In this document: piece by piece, positions 49,224 through 58,570 of the stretch
How the letters are laid out: each line of letters starts with the position of its first letter
How positions within the stretch are numbered: position 1 is the stretch's first letter
The notes under the pieces: generated by a model
Seen by the model: the letters and a program-made list of their open reading frames with translations, nothing else
Told to the model about the DNA's origin: nothing
Databases searched by the model: none
NCBI GenBank assembly: GCA_964022095.1
Contig: CAXHZO010000004.1
Coordinates: forward strand, 32,001 to 96,000
Reading direction: 5' to 3'
DNA length: 64,000 nt
DNA from: an uncultured Arcobacteraceae bacterium
GTDB lineage: Bacteria > Campylobacterota > Campylobacteria > Campylobacterales > Arcobacteraceae
Position numbers and translations under genes: made by a program

Positions 49224-50816
49224 ATGAAAGAAAACTGGCAACAACAATTACAAACACTATTAAACTGTGATCTAAAATCACTATATCCATTAGCTAGAGG
49301 TTTAAATAGAAAATTAGAGTTTTATGTAGGTCCTACAAATTCAGGAAAAACATATAACGCTATGGAAAAATTAAAACAGGCTAATACAGGGTTATATCTA
49401 GCACCACTTAGATTATTAGCACTTGAAGGCTATGAAGACTTAAAAGCAAACAACATTGAAGCATCTTTAATAACAGGTGAAGAACAAATGTTCAATGAAG
49501 ATGCTGCACATGTTTGCTCAACAATTGAAATGATGGATTTTGATTTAGATGTTGATGTTGCAGTTATTGATGAAGTTCAAATGCTTGCAGATCCTGATAG
49601 AGGATGGGCTTGGGTAAATGCGATTATTGGATGTCCAGCTAAAAAGATTATTATGACAGGAAGTGTAAATGCCCTTGATGCAGTTAAAAAAATTGCAGAG
49701 TATTTAGATGAAGATCTAGAAATAGTAAAACATAAAAGAAAGAATGAACTGAAAGTTTTACCAAAATGGACATCATTAGATAAGCTAGAAACAGGTACTG
49801 CTTTAATTGCATTTTCTAGAAAAGATGTTTTAGCTTTAAAACAAAGACTTCAAAAAAACTATTCAGTATCTGTTATTTATGGAAACTTGTCACCTGAAGT
49901 TAGAAGGGATGAAGCAAGAAGATTTAGAGAAAAACAAAGTGATATTTTAATTGCAACCGATGCAATAGCAATGGGATTAAATCTTCCTATTAAAACAATT
50001 TTATTTACAACTGATACAAAATTTGATGGAATAAGTAGAAGAAAAATCACTGTTAATGAAATAGTTCAAATAGCTGGACGTGCTGGAAGATATGGACACT
50101 TTGAAGCAGGTTATTTAGGTGCAACAAGAAGAGATGTTTTAGCTCATATAACAGAAGAGTTTGAAGCTCCAATAAAGACTATAAAACCACCGTTTAAAGT
50201 AAAAATAAATGCAAATCAATTAGAAAGTTTAGCAAGTCATATAAAAACAAACTCTTTAACAAAAGTATTGAAATTTTTTGCAGATAATATGTACTTTAGT
50301 GGCCCATTTAGAGCTGCAAATATTTCATCAATGATTGAAGCTGCTAAAATAGTTGATACTAGACATAATTTAAAATTATCAGATAAGTATCTTTTAGCGC
50401 AAGCTCCAATTACAACAAAGTCAAATATCATTCTTCAAGCATATCAAGCATATATTGCAAGTGTGATTAAGAAAAAAGTTTGTCACTATAAGCCTTCAAT
50501 TACACTTCCAAAAAAAGCAATCACTCAAAAAGATTTACTTTTAGTTGAAGATGAAGTAAAGAAAATATCTTTATATTTATGGATATCTTATAAGTTACCA
50601 GAGCTTTTTCCTGATCATGACAAAGCATATATTTTAAGAAATAGTTTTAATTCATTTATAGAAAAATCTTTAAAAGGTAATCTAATTAATGAAAAAAGTG
50701 ATAAACCTTATTTTAAAAAAAGAGCTCAAGATGGTGATAAAGATAAATTTGATAAACCAAGAAGACGCTCAAGAGTGAATCCTCGAAATTCAAGAAGAAA
50801 CAGTAGAGAAAAATAA
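49224..50816 (+). CDS. SUV3-like SF2 helicase
   Basis: VGPTNSGKT, YLAPLRLLA, IDEVQM, RGWAW, ATDAIAMGLN, QIAGRAGR. Confidence 0.9.
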   Translation: MKENWQQQLQTLLNCDLKSLYPLARGLNRKLEFYVGPTNSGKTYNAMEKLKQANTGLYLAPLRLLALEGYEDLKANNIEASLITGEEQMFNEDAAHVCSTIEMMDFDLDVDVAVIDEVQMLADPDRGWAWVNAIIGCPAKKIIMTGSVNALDAVKKIAEYLDEDLEIVKHKRKNELKVLPKWTSLDKLETGTALIAFSRKDVLALKQRLQKNYSVSVIYGNLSPEVRRDEARRFREKQSDILIATDAIAMGLNLPIKTILFTTDTKFDGISRRKITVNEIVQIAGRAGRYGHFEAGYLGATRRDVLAHITEEFEAPIKTIKPPFKVKINANQLESLASHIKTNSLTKVLKFFADNMYFSGPFRAANISSMIEAAKIVDTRHNLKLSDKYLLAQAPITTKSNIILQAYQAYIASVIKKKVCHYKPSITLPKKAITQKDLLLVEDEVKKISLYLWISYKLPELFPDHDKAYILRNSFNSFIEKSLKGNLINEKSDKPYFKKRAQDGDKDKFDKPRRRSRVNPRNSRRNSREK

Positions 50817-50878
50817 ATTTAATTAAAATTTAGTTAAAATATATAACTTTTTATAACACTTTTAAAGGAAAATGCATC

Positions 50879-52810
50879 GTGTTCAGTTTTTTTAAAGCAA
50901 ATGAAGAAAACTTTTATAATGAACTACTTAAAGACGAACTAGATGTAAATAAAATAAAAAAATTTATTCTAAAAGGTATTGATCTTAATAAAAAAGATGA
51001 AAAAGGAAGAACTATCCTTTTTTCTTTAGTGTCTAAAAGAAAAGTTGATTCTATTAGATATCTATTAAAATTTGATTTAGATTTAAATAGTGAAGATAAT
51101 TATGGAAAAACAGTTTTAGATCACTGTATTGATAAATCTGATGGAATGATGATTCGCTTTTTACTTGAAAATGGAGCAAGTGTAAATAAGCTTAGTAGTT
51201 CAAATAGAACTCCTCTTCAAGATGCAGCCCTAAGTGGTAGTTATAAAATTTTTGAAATACTAATGAAGTATAATCCTGATTTCACTATTTATGAAAACAA
51301 TACTCAACATATTTTATTTGATGCAATAAAAGGTAAGAACCTAAATATTATAAAAGATGTTATCAATAATTTAAAGAACTTAAATGTATTAAATGATGAT
51401 AATCAAACAGTACTTTTTGAAGCAGTACTGCTTGAAAATAAAGAGATAGCTAAATCTTTAATTGCAAATGGAATAAATGTAAATTTCTTAGATAAAAATG
51501 GGGAAAATGCTCTTTTTAATGCTGTTCTTCTAGGTAGTAAAAACTTTGAAATAATAGAGTTTTTAATAAAAAAAGAGATTAATATTAATCTTATAAATAA
51601 TTCAAATAAAAATATTTTAGATGAAATTTTATTTATTATAAATCTTTTATCTTCAAATAAAAAACTACAAGGTAAATATAAACTAGCCAATAGCGCTTAT
51701 GATTATACAAAAATTGTTAAACTTCTAATTAAAAATGGATTAGAAATTGATCAAATTCATGATGAAAAAACAACTCTTCAAATAGCAATTGAAAATAAAG
51801 ATTTAGCAAGTGCAAAATTTTTAATTGAGTGCGGAGCTGATATAAACCATACTGATTTAGATGGTAAAACTTTTTTAGCAAAAGAGATAGTAAAAGGTTA
51901 TGATAACTATTTAATCGTTGATTTTTTAGTTGAAAGTGGCATTGATTTAGATCACAAAGATATTGATGAAAAAACTATTGTTGATGATTTAGTTGAGTAT
52001 ATTTGTGTTGAAAAAGGTTTTAAAGAAGCAAAAGGTTTTTATAAAGACAATCTTGTAGAAAATGGAAGATATGATATTTTATTAAAAAAAATATTATCAT
52101 ATAGACCAAATCTTGATGCGAAAAGACTTAATGGCAGAAATGTATTGTTTGACGTAGTTTTATATAATGATTATGAAACAATAAAACAGCTAGTTAATAG
52201 TGGAATAAATTTAAATCTTCAAGATAATGATGGAAATACAGCACTTCATTTTATGATAGAAAATGGCTTGAAAATTACGGATAAAAAGAAAAGAGAAGAG
52301 TTTATAGAAAGACTGATTTTCTTTTTAAAATTTAGGGTTAATGTAGATCTTCAAGATAATGAAGGAAGAACAGTTTTTCATAAATCTGTGATTGCCGATG
52401 ATTTGATAGTAACAGAAAAACTTCTTACAAAAAAAGCAAATTTATCATTAAAAGATAAACATGGCAGAACTGCACTTCACCATACCCAATGGAATGGAAA
52501 TCATAAAATTGCAAGATGGTTAATAGCAGCAGGTGCTGATATGAATATTCCTGACAAGTCAGGGTTTACATTATTAAATTATGCAGCCATTTTTGGGCAT
52601 ATAAAACTTGTTATGACTCTTATTGCTTCTGGTGTTTTAATGTATAATAAAAATCCAAAAAATAAGAAAGTTGCTAAATTCTTTAAAGAAAAAGAACCAA
52701 ATTTAGGTCTGTTATTAAAAAATAATATTAGTGATGATAAAATGCGAAAAGCATTAAAAGATGTAGTAGAAAACTTAAGAAATGAAATAAATGAAGCTTT
52801 ACAAGGATAA
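50879..52810 (+). CDS. Ankyrin-repeat protein
   Basis: Repeated G-x-T-x-L-H/F units (DNDGNTALH, DKHGRTALH, DNEGRTVFH, GADIN); GTG start. Confidence 0.9.
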   Translation: MFSFFKANEENFYNELLKDELDVNKIKKFILKGIDLNKKDEKGRTILFSLVSKRKVDSIRYLLKFDLDLNSEDNYGKTVLDHCIDKSDGMMIRFLLENGASVNKLSSSNRTPLQDAALSGSYKIFEILMKYNPDFTIYENNTQHILFDAIKGKNLNIIKDVINNLKNLNVLNDDNQTVLFEAVLLENKEIAKSLIANGINVNFLDKNGENALFNAVLLGSKNFEIIEFLIKKEININLINNSNKNILDEILFIINLLSSNKKLQGKYKLANSAYDYTKIVKLLIKNGLEIDQIHDEKTTLQIAIENKDLASAKFLIECGADINHTDLDGKTFLAKEIVKGYDNYLIVDFLVESGIDLDHKDIDEKTIVDDLVEYICVEKGFKEAKGFYKDNLVENGRYDILLKKILSYRPNLDAKRLNGRNVLFDVVLYNDYETIKQLVNSGINLNLQDNDGNTALHFMIENGLKITDKKKREEFIERLIFFLKFRVNVDLQDNEGRTVFHKSVIADDLIVTEKLLTKKANLSLKDKHGRTALHHTQWNGNHKIARWLIAAGADMNIPDKSGFTLLNYAAIFGHIKLVMTLIASGVLMYNKNPKNKKVAKFFKEKEPNLGLLLKNNISDDKMRKALKDVVENLRNEINEALQG

Positions 52811-52817
52811 ATAAAAA

Positions 52818-54113
52818 ATGAACAATAAATCAATAATAATTTTAGCAGCAGGTGCAGGTACAAGAATGAAATCAACTACACCAAAGGTTTTACATAAAAT
52901 CTCTGGTAAGCCAATGTTATACTATTCAATCAAAGAAGCATTAAGCTTAAGTGATGATGTAACAGTAGTTTTATATCATCAAGCCCAAAGAGTGCAAGAA
53001 GAGATGGAAAAATTCTTTACTGGAATTAATTATGTAATTCAAGATCATGCAAATTATCCAGGAACGGGTGGTGCTGTTATGGGAATAACTCCAAAGTATG
53101 AGCAAGTATTAGTATTAAATGGTGATATGCCTTTAATTCAAAGTGAAGAGTTAAAAAAGTTTGATTTAGATGCAACAATTGTAATGTCTGTACTTGAGCT
53201 TGATAGTGCTGATGGATATGGAAGAGTAATTATTCAAGATGGTGAAGTTAAAAAAATTGTTGAACAAAAAGATGCAAATGAAGATGAATTAGCAGTTACT
53301 ACAGCAAATGCTGGTATCTATCAGTTTGATACAAAGTTTTTATTAGAAAATTTACCAAAGCTTTCAAATGAAAATGCTCAAAAAGAGTATTACATCACAG
53401 ATTTAATTGAAATGGCTATAAATGAAGGAAAAGTATTAAAACCACTTGTGGTAAATGAAGAGAATTTCAAAGGAGTTAATTCAAAAGTTGAATTAGCAGA
53501 TGCAGAAGTGATTCACCAAAATAGAATAAAAAAAGAGTTCTTAAAAGCTGGTGTTATTATGAGATTACCTGATACTATTTATATTGAAGAGGGCGTTCAA
53601 ATTGAAGGTGAAAGCATCTTAGAAAATGGAGTTACATTATTAGGGAATTCTAAAATAGTAAACTCTCATATTAAAACAAATACTGTAATTGAAGATGCAA
53701 TTTTAATTGATAGTGATGCTGGACCAATGGCTAGAGTTAGACCAGGAAGTGAATTAAATGGAACTCACATTGGAAATTTTGTAGAAACAAAGAAAGCTAA
53801 ATTAAATGGTGTAAAAGCAGGACATTTAACATATTTAGGTGATTGTGAAATTGATGAAGGAACTAATATTGGTTGTGGAACAATTACTTGTAATTATGAT
53901 GGAATTAATAAGTATAAAACAATTATTGGTAAAAATGTATTTGTAGGAAGTGATACTCAGTTTGTTGCTCCTGTAAATATTGAAGATGATGTACTTATTG
54001 CAGCTGGCTCAACTGTAACAGGTGATGTTAAAAAAGGTGAACTTTATTTAACAAGAGCTAAGAAAAAATCTATTTCTGGATATTTTTATAAACACTTTGA
54101 GAGTAAAAAATAA
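52818..54113 (+). CDS. glmU: Bifunctional GlcN-1-P acetyltransferase / UDP-GlcNAc pyrophosphorylase
   Basis: LAAGAGTRMKS, EYYITD, GNFVETK, HLTYLGD, ITCNYDG. Confidence 0.98.
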   Translation: MNNKSIIILAAGAGTRMKSTTPKVLHKISGKPMLYYSIKEALSLSDDVTVVLYHQAQRVQEEMEKFFTGINYVIQDHANYPGTGGAVMGITPKYEQVLVLNGDMPLIQSEELKKFDLDATIVMSVLELDSADGYGRVIIQDGEVKKIVEQKDANEDELAVTTANAGIYQFDTKFLLENLPKLSNENAQKEYYITDLIEMAINEGKVLKPLVVNEENFKGVNSKVELADAEVIHQNRIKKEFLKAGVIMRLPDTIYIEEGVQIEGESILENGVTLLGNSKIVNSHIKTNTVIEDAILIDSDAGPMARVRPGSELNGTHIGNFVETKKAKLNGVKAGHLTYLGDCEIDEGTNIGCGTITCNYDGINKYKTIIGKNVFVGSDTQFVAPVNIEDDVLIAAGSTVTGDVKKGELYLTRAKKKSISGYFYKHFESKK

Positions 54114-55384
54114 TGCTATTAAAAGACAAAAAAATACTTGTAGGAGTAACTGGCTCTATTGCTATATACAAAGCATTAGAGTTAATTAGACTATATATAA
54201 AAGCAGGGGCAAAAGTAAAAGTTATAATGACTCCTTCTGCTTGTAAATTTATAAGTCCAATTACCTTTGAAGCAATTTCTCAAAACAAAGTATTAGTTGA
54301 AGATAATGAAAACTGGGATAAGTCTCAAGATTATAATCATATAGATATAGGAAAATGGTCAGATTTATTTGTACTTGCACCTGCAAGTGCTAATACAATT
54401 AACTCCTTATCAAATGGACTTGGAACTAATCTTTTACTTCAAACTGCACTTGCATATCCAAGAATGAAATTAATAGCACCAGCAGCAAATACAAACATGA
54501 TTAAAAATCCAATAACGCAAGCAAGTTTAAAAATGCTAAAACTTTGTAATTATGAAATAATCTCAACTACATCAAAAGAGTTAGTTTGTAAAGATGTTGG
54601 TGATGGTGCAATGGCTGAAGTTGAAGATATTTTTGATGCTACTTGTAAAGAGCTTCTAAAAGAAGAGTATTGGATAAATAGAAAAGTTGTATTAAGTGGT
54701 GGAGGAACTGTTGAAAAAATTGATGATGTTAGATATATCTCAAATTATTCATCAGGGAAAATGGCTTCAAGTTTAGCAAAAGCACTTTTTTATAAAGGTG
54801 CAGATGTATGTTTAGTAAGTACAAGGGGTTATGAAAATTTACCAAAAGGAATTCATCTAATAAGAGTTCAAAGCTCAGTTGAAATGCATGAATACTTAGT
54901 TGATTCAATAAGAGTTGCAAAAAAAGGTGTTTTAACAAAACCAACACTCATGGATGATTCAAAACCTGAACTTATTCAAAAAAGACCATATTTATTTATG
55001 GTTGCAGCCATTAGTGATTATGTTCCAAGTTTCCCCCAAGAAGGAAAATTGAAAAAAGATATGATTGGAGTATCTTGGTCTTTAGAGTTAAAACAAAATA
55101 TAGATATTTTAAACTCATTAGATAAAGATGATCTAATCTCAATTGGCTTTAAAGCAGAAATGGATGAAACAACAGCATTAAATAGTGCAACATCAATGAT
55201 TGAAAAGAAAAATCTTGATGGAGTTTGCTTAAATATTTTAAATGAAGATAATAGTTTTGGAAGTGATACAAATAATATTGAACTAATATTAAAAAACAGT
55301 TCTTATGAAATAAAAGGTGATAAATTAGATGTATCATTTTCTATTTTAAGAAATCTTCAAAAAGAGTTTGCTCAATATGTATAA
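54113..55384 (+). CDS. coaBC: Phosphopantothenoylcysteine decarboxylase/synthetase
   Basis: GVTGSIAIYK, APASAN, IDDVRYISNYSSGKM, AAISDY, GFKAE. Confidence 0.96.
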   Translation: MLLKDKKILVGVTGSIAIYKALELIRLYIKAGAKVKVIMTPSACKFISPITFEAISQNKVLVEDNENWDKSQDYNHIDIGKWSDLFVLAPASANTINSLSNGLGTNLLLQTALAYPRMKLIAPAANTNMIKNPITQASLKMLKLCNYEIISTTSKELVCKDVGDGAMAEVEDIFDATCKELLKEEYWINRKVVLSGGGTVEKIDDVRYISNYSSGKMASSLAKALFYKGADVCLVSTRGYENLPKGIHLIRVQSSVEMHEYLVDSIRVAKKGVLTKPTLMDDSKPELIQKRPYLFMVAAISDYVPSFPQEGKLKKDMIGVSWSLELKQNIDILNSLDKDDLISIGFKAEMDETTALNSATSMIEKKNLDGVCLNILNEDNSFGSDTNNIELILKNSSYEIKGDKLDVSFSILRNLQKEFAQYV

Positions 55385-56063
55385 TCAAAACGTGCCAACT
55401 CATATAGCCATGATTATGGATGGTAATGGAAGATGGGCAAAAGAAAAAGGTCTAAAAAGAACAGCTGGACATGAAAAAGGTGCTGAAGTTGTAAGAGACA
55501 TTACAACATATTGTGCCAAAATAGGGGTTCAGTATCTTACGATGTATGCTTTTTCAACTGAAAATTGGAAAAGACCAAAGTTAGAAGTAGAATATCTTAT
55601 GAAGCTTTTAGATAGATATTTAAAAAATGAACTAAAAGTATATTTAGAAAATAATATAAAATTTAAAGCTATTGGTGATTTAGCAAGATTCTCTAAATCT
55701 TTACAAGAAAGAATAAAGATCACGGAAGAAAAAACTTCACAAAATAGTGGTTTAACTCAAGTTCTAGCACTAAATTATGGTTCAAAAGATGAAATAGTAC
55801 GAGCTGTAAAAAAACTAAATGAACAAAATTTAGAGCCAACAGAACAGAACTTAGAATCTTGTTTAGATACAGCAGGAATTCCAGATGTTGATATTATGAT
55901 TAGAACAAGTGGTGAGGTAAGACTTTCAAATTATCTTTTATGGCAAAACGCCTATGCTGAGATGTTTTTTACTCAGACTTATTGGCCTGATTTTAATTCT
56001 AATGAATTAGATGACATCATAAGTGATTTTAACTCAAGAGAGAGAAGATTTGGAGCTATTTAG
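55377..56063 (+). CDS. uppS: Undecaprenyl pyrophosphate synthase
   Basis: IMDGNGRW, YAFSTENWKRP, IRTSGEVRLSNYLLWQ, RERRFG; ATG 55377. Confidence 0.97.
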   Translation: MYNQNVPTHIAMIMDGNGRWAKEKGLKRTAGHEKGAEVVRDITTYCAKIGVQYLTMYAFSTENWKRPKLEVEYLMKLLDRYLKNELKVYLENNIKFKAIGDLARFSKSLQERIKITEEKTSQNSGLTQVLALNYGSKDEIVRAVKKLNEQNLEPTEQNLESCLDTAGIPDVDIMIRTSGEVRLSNYLLWQNAYAEMFFTQTYWPDFNSNELDDIISDFNSRERRFGAI

Positions 56064-56820
56064 TTTTATTTTTGGAGCGGTGTTTGGTTCATTTTTAAAT
56101 GTATTAATAATAAGACTTCCTTCAAATAAATCTATAGTTACTCCAAGAAGTGCATGTCCTAAATGTAACTATCAAATACCTTGGTATCATAATATTCCAT
56201 TAATTTCATACATTGTTTTAAAAGCAAAGTGTTCAAATTGTAAAGAAAAAATATCTTTTCAATATTTTTTAGTTGAACTATTAAGTGCTTTAATTACTCT
56301 TTTTTTATATTTAAAACTTGGGATTAGTGTACAGTTTTATTTTATGATACTATTATCATATGTACTAATAGTATTATCTTTTATAGATTTAAAATACAAA
56401 GCAGTTCCTGATTATTTACTTTTAATAACACTTATAGTCTCTTTTCTAGCTACAGATTATGGGATTTTAGATGCATTTAAATATGCTTTTTTATTCTCAG
56501 GGGCATTGGTCCTTTTAAATTTTGTAATAACATTTTATATTCAAAATATTAAAGCGAAAATATTAAAAGATGATTCTTTGAAAGATCAAGAAGCATTAGG
56601 TGAAGGTGATATTCCTATTATTGCTAGTATTGCAGTTGTCTTAGGAATTGAAGGTGGCCTTATTGCTATATTTTTAGCAGCATTTTTTGCTATAATACCA
56701 TCAATTTATTCTAATTTTGTAAAAAAAGATATTCAAACACCCTTTATCCCTTATTTAGTATTAGGTTTTTTTGTTGAATACTTTTTTAAATTGGAAACAT
56801 TTTTAAGGGTTTTATATTGA
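56050..56820 (+). CDS. A24 prepilin peptidase
   Basis: GSFLNVLIIRLP, CPKC/CSNC, SFIDL, GEGD, PFIPYL; TTG 56050 preferred over 56023. Confidence 0.9.
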   Translation: MELFSFIFGAVFGSFLNVLIIRLPSNKSIVTPRSACPKCNYQIPWYHNIPLISYIVLKAKCSNCKEKISFQYFLVELLSALITLFLYLKLGISVQFYFMILLSYVLIVLSFIDLKYKAVPDYLLLITLIVSFLATDYGILDAFKYAFLFSGALVLLNFVITFYIQNIKAKILKDDSLKDQEALGEGDIPIIASIAVVLGIEGGLIAIFLAAFFAIIPSIYSNFVKKDIQTPFIPYLVLGFFVEYFFKLETFLRVLY

Positions 56821-57833
56821 AATTAAAACAGTATTTATATTCACAATTAGCAATTACATTTTTCCCTATTTTTTTAGGACTATATTTTATAACATCAATT
56901 GTATTTTTAGTAAAAATAGCTTCACTTACATCAATTATTACAATAAACTTTTTTGAACTATTTACTCTTTATTCGTATGTTGTTCCCCAAATTATATTTT
57001 ACACTATGCCAATATCTTTTTTTATATCACTAGTATTAACTTTAGCAAAATTAGCTAGTGAATATGAACTTACAGTAATTACCTCTTTTGGATTAAATCC
57101 TATAAAGATTTTAAAGATATTTCTTCCTATAACTTTACTTTTAAGTATAGCGTTACTTGTTGTATCTGTTGGATTAATTCCTAAAACAAAATTTTTGACA
57201 AAACAGTTTTTAGATATAAAGAAAAAAGAAGCAAATTTTAATATAAAAGCAAGTGAATTTGGACAAAAATTTGGTGATTGGTTGATTTATATTAATAATG
57301 AAAAAGATAGAACATATAATGATGTAAAGCTATTTAAAACACAAGATAATAAAGATCAGTTTATTTTATCTAAAAGTGCGGTTTTAAATAATGATAAAGG
57401 GGATCTAAGCTTTAAATTAAAAGATGGTAAAGCATTTTTTATAGATGAAAAAGAGTTAAATCAAGTAAATTTTGAATCAATGCATATCAATGATTCAATT
57501 GCTGATTCAAAGCTTGGAGTATTTACAAATACATATGACTTTTGGGAAACTCAAATAAAAAAAGGTTCAGACATTGATGATTTAACTTTTTTTATTCTAA
57601 CATCTGTTTTTCCTTTAATCTCTTTATTTTTAGTAATTACCTTTGGATACTTCAATCCAAGATATGAAAAAAATAGAGCAGTTGCTTACTCTTTAGTTGC
57701 AGTTGTTTTTTACTATATTTTAGTCAAGTCAATTTCTGATAAGATTTTTTTACATGCTTTATATACAATTCCAACTATTTGGATTGTTTGCACTTATATT
57801 TTATATACTAGAACTATTAAAAAAGAGTACTAA
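56817..57833 (+). CDS. LptF/LptG-family permease
   Basis: 3+3 TM layout; KLASEYELTVITSFGLNP motif; TTG start. Confidence 0.85.
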   Translation: MKLKQYLYSQLAITFFPIFLGLYFITSIVFLVKIASLTSIITINFFELFTLYSYVVPQIIFYTMPISFFISLVLTLAKLASEYELTVITSFGLNPIKILKIFLPITLLLSIALLVVSVGLIPKTKFLTKQFLDIKKKEANFNIKASEFGQKFGDWLIYINNEKDRTYNDVKLFKTQDNKDQFILSKSAVLNNDKGDLSFKLKDGKAFFIDEKELNQVNFESMHINDSIADSKLGVFTNTYDFWETQIKKGSDIDDLTFFILTSVFPLISLFLVITFGYFNPRYEKNRAVAYSLVAVVFYYILVKSISDKIFLHALYTIPTIWIVCTYILYTRTIKKEY

Positions 57834-57838
57834 AATCT

Positions 57839-58561
57839 ATGAATTTAAAATTCACAATTAGTTATGATGGAAGTGATTTTCAAGGAAGTCAAAGACAACC
57901 AGAGGGAAATACAGTTGAAAATGAGTTTTTAAGAGTTTTTAAAAGATTAAATATTGATACAAAAATCATTTTAAGTGGAAGAACTGATAAAGATGTTCAT
58001 GCGACAGGACAAGTTTTTAATTGTCAGATTCCAGAATACTTTAATGACTTAAAAAAGTTAAAAGAGATTTTAAATCATCATTTAGTAGCTTCAGTAAAAG
58101 TTCGTCATATAAAAAAAGTTGAAGATGATTTTCACTCAAGGTTTCATGCTAAAAAAAGAGTATATAGATATTTATTATCAACAAAGCCAACAACACCTTT
58201 TATTGATAAATATATTACATATACACCAAATGTAAATGAACAGCTAATAAAACAAGCAATAAAAGAGTTCATAGGTGAGTTTGATTTTAAATATTTCCAT
58301 AAAACAGGAAGTGACAAAGATCAAACCATAAGAAGAATATATGATGCATCTTTTTATAAGTATAAAGGAATATATGTAATTCAATTTACTGCAAACTCTT
58401 ATTTACGTTCACAAATAAGGCTTATGGTAGGTTTTTTACTTAATATATCTAATGGTAAACTAACAATTGAAGATTTAAAAAAACAATTAAGGTTGCAAAA
58501 ACATATTTTTAAGATTCCTGCTAAAGCAAATGGTTTATATCTAGCAAAAATTACATATTAA
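57839..58561 (+). CDS. truA: tRNA pseudouridine(38-40) synthase
   Basis: YDGSDFQGSQ, SGRTDKDVHATGQV, FHSRF, YLRSQIRLMVG, GLYL. Confidence 0.96.
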   Translation: MNLKFTISYDGSDFQGSQRQPEGNTVENEFLRVFKRLNIDTKIILSGRTDKDVHATGQVFNCQIPEYFNDLKKLKEILNHHLVASVKVRHIKKVEDDFHSRFHAKKRVYRYLLSTKPTTPFIDKYITYTPNVNEQLIKQAIKEFIGEFDFKYFHKTGSDKDQTIRRIYDASFYKYKGIYVIQFTANSYLRSQIRLMVGFLLNISNGKLTIEDLKKQLRLQKHIFKIPAKANGLYLAKITY

Positions 58562-58570
58562 AGGTAAATA

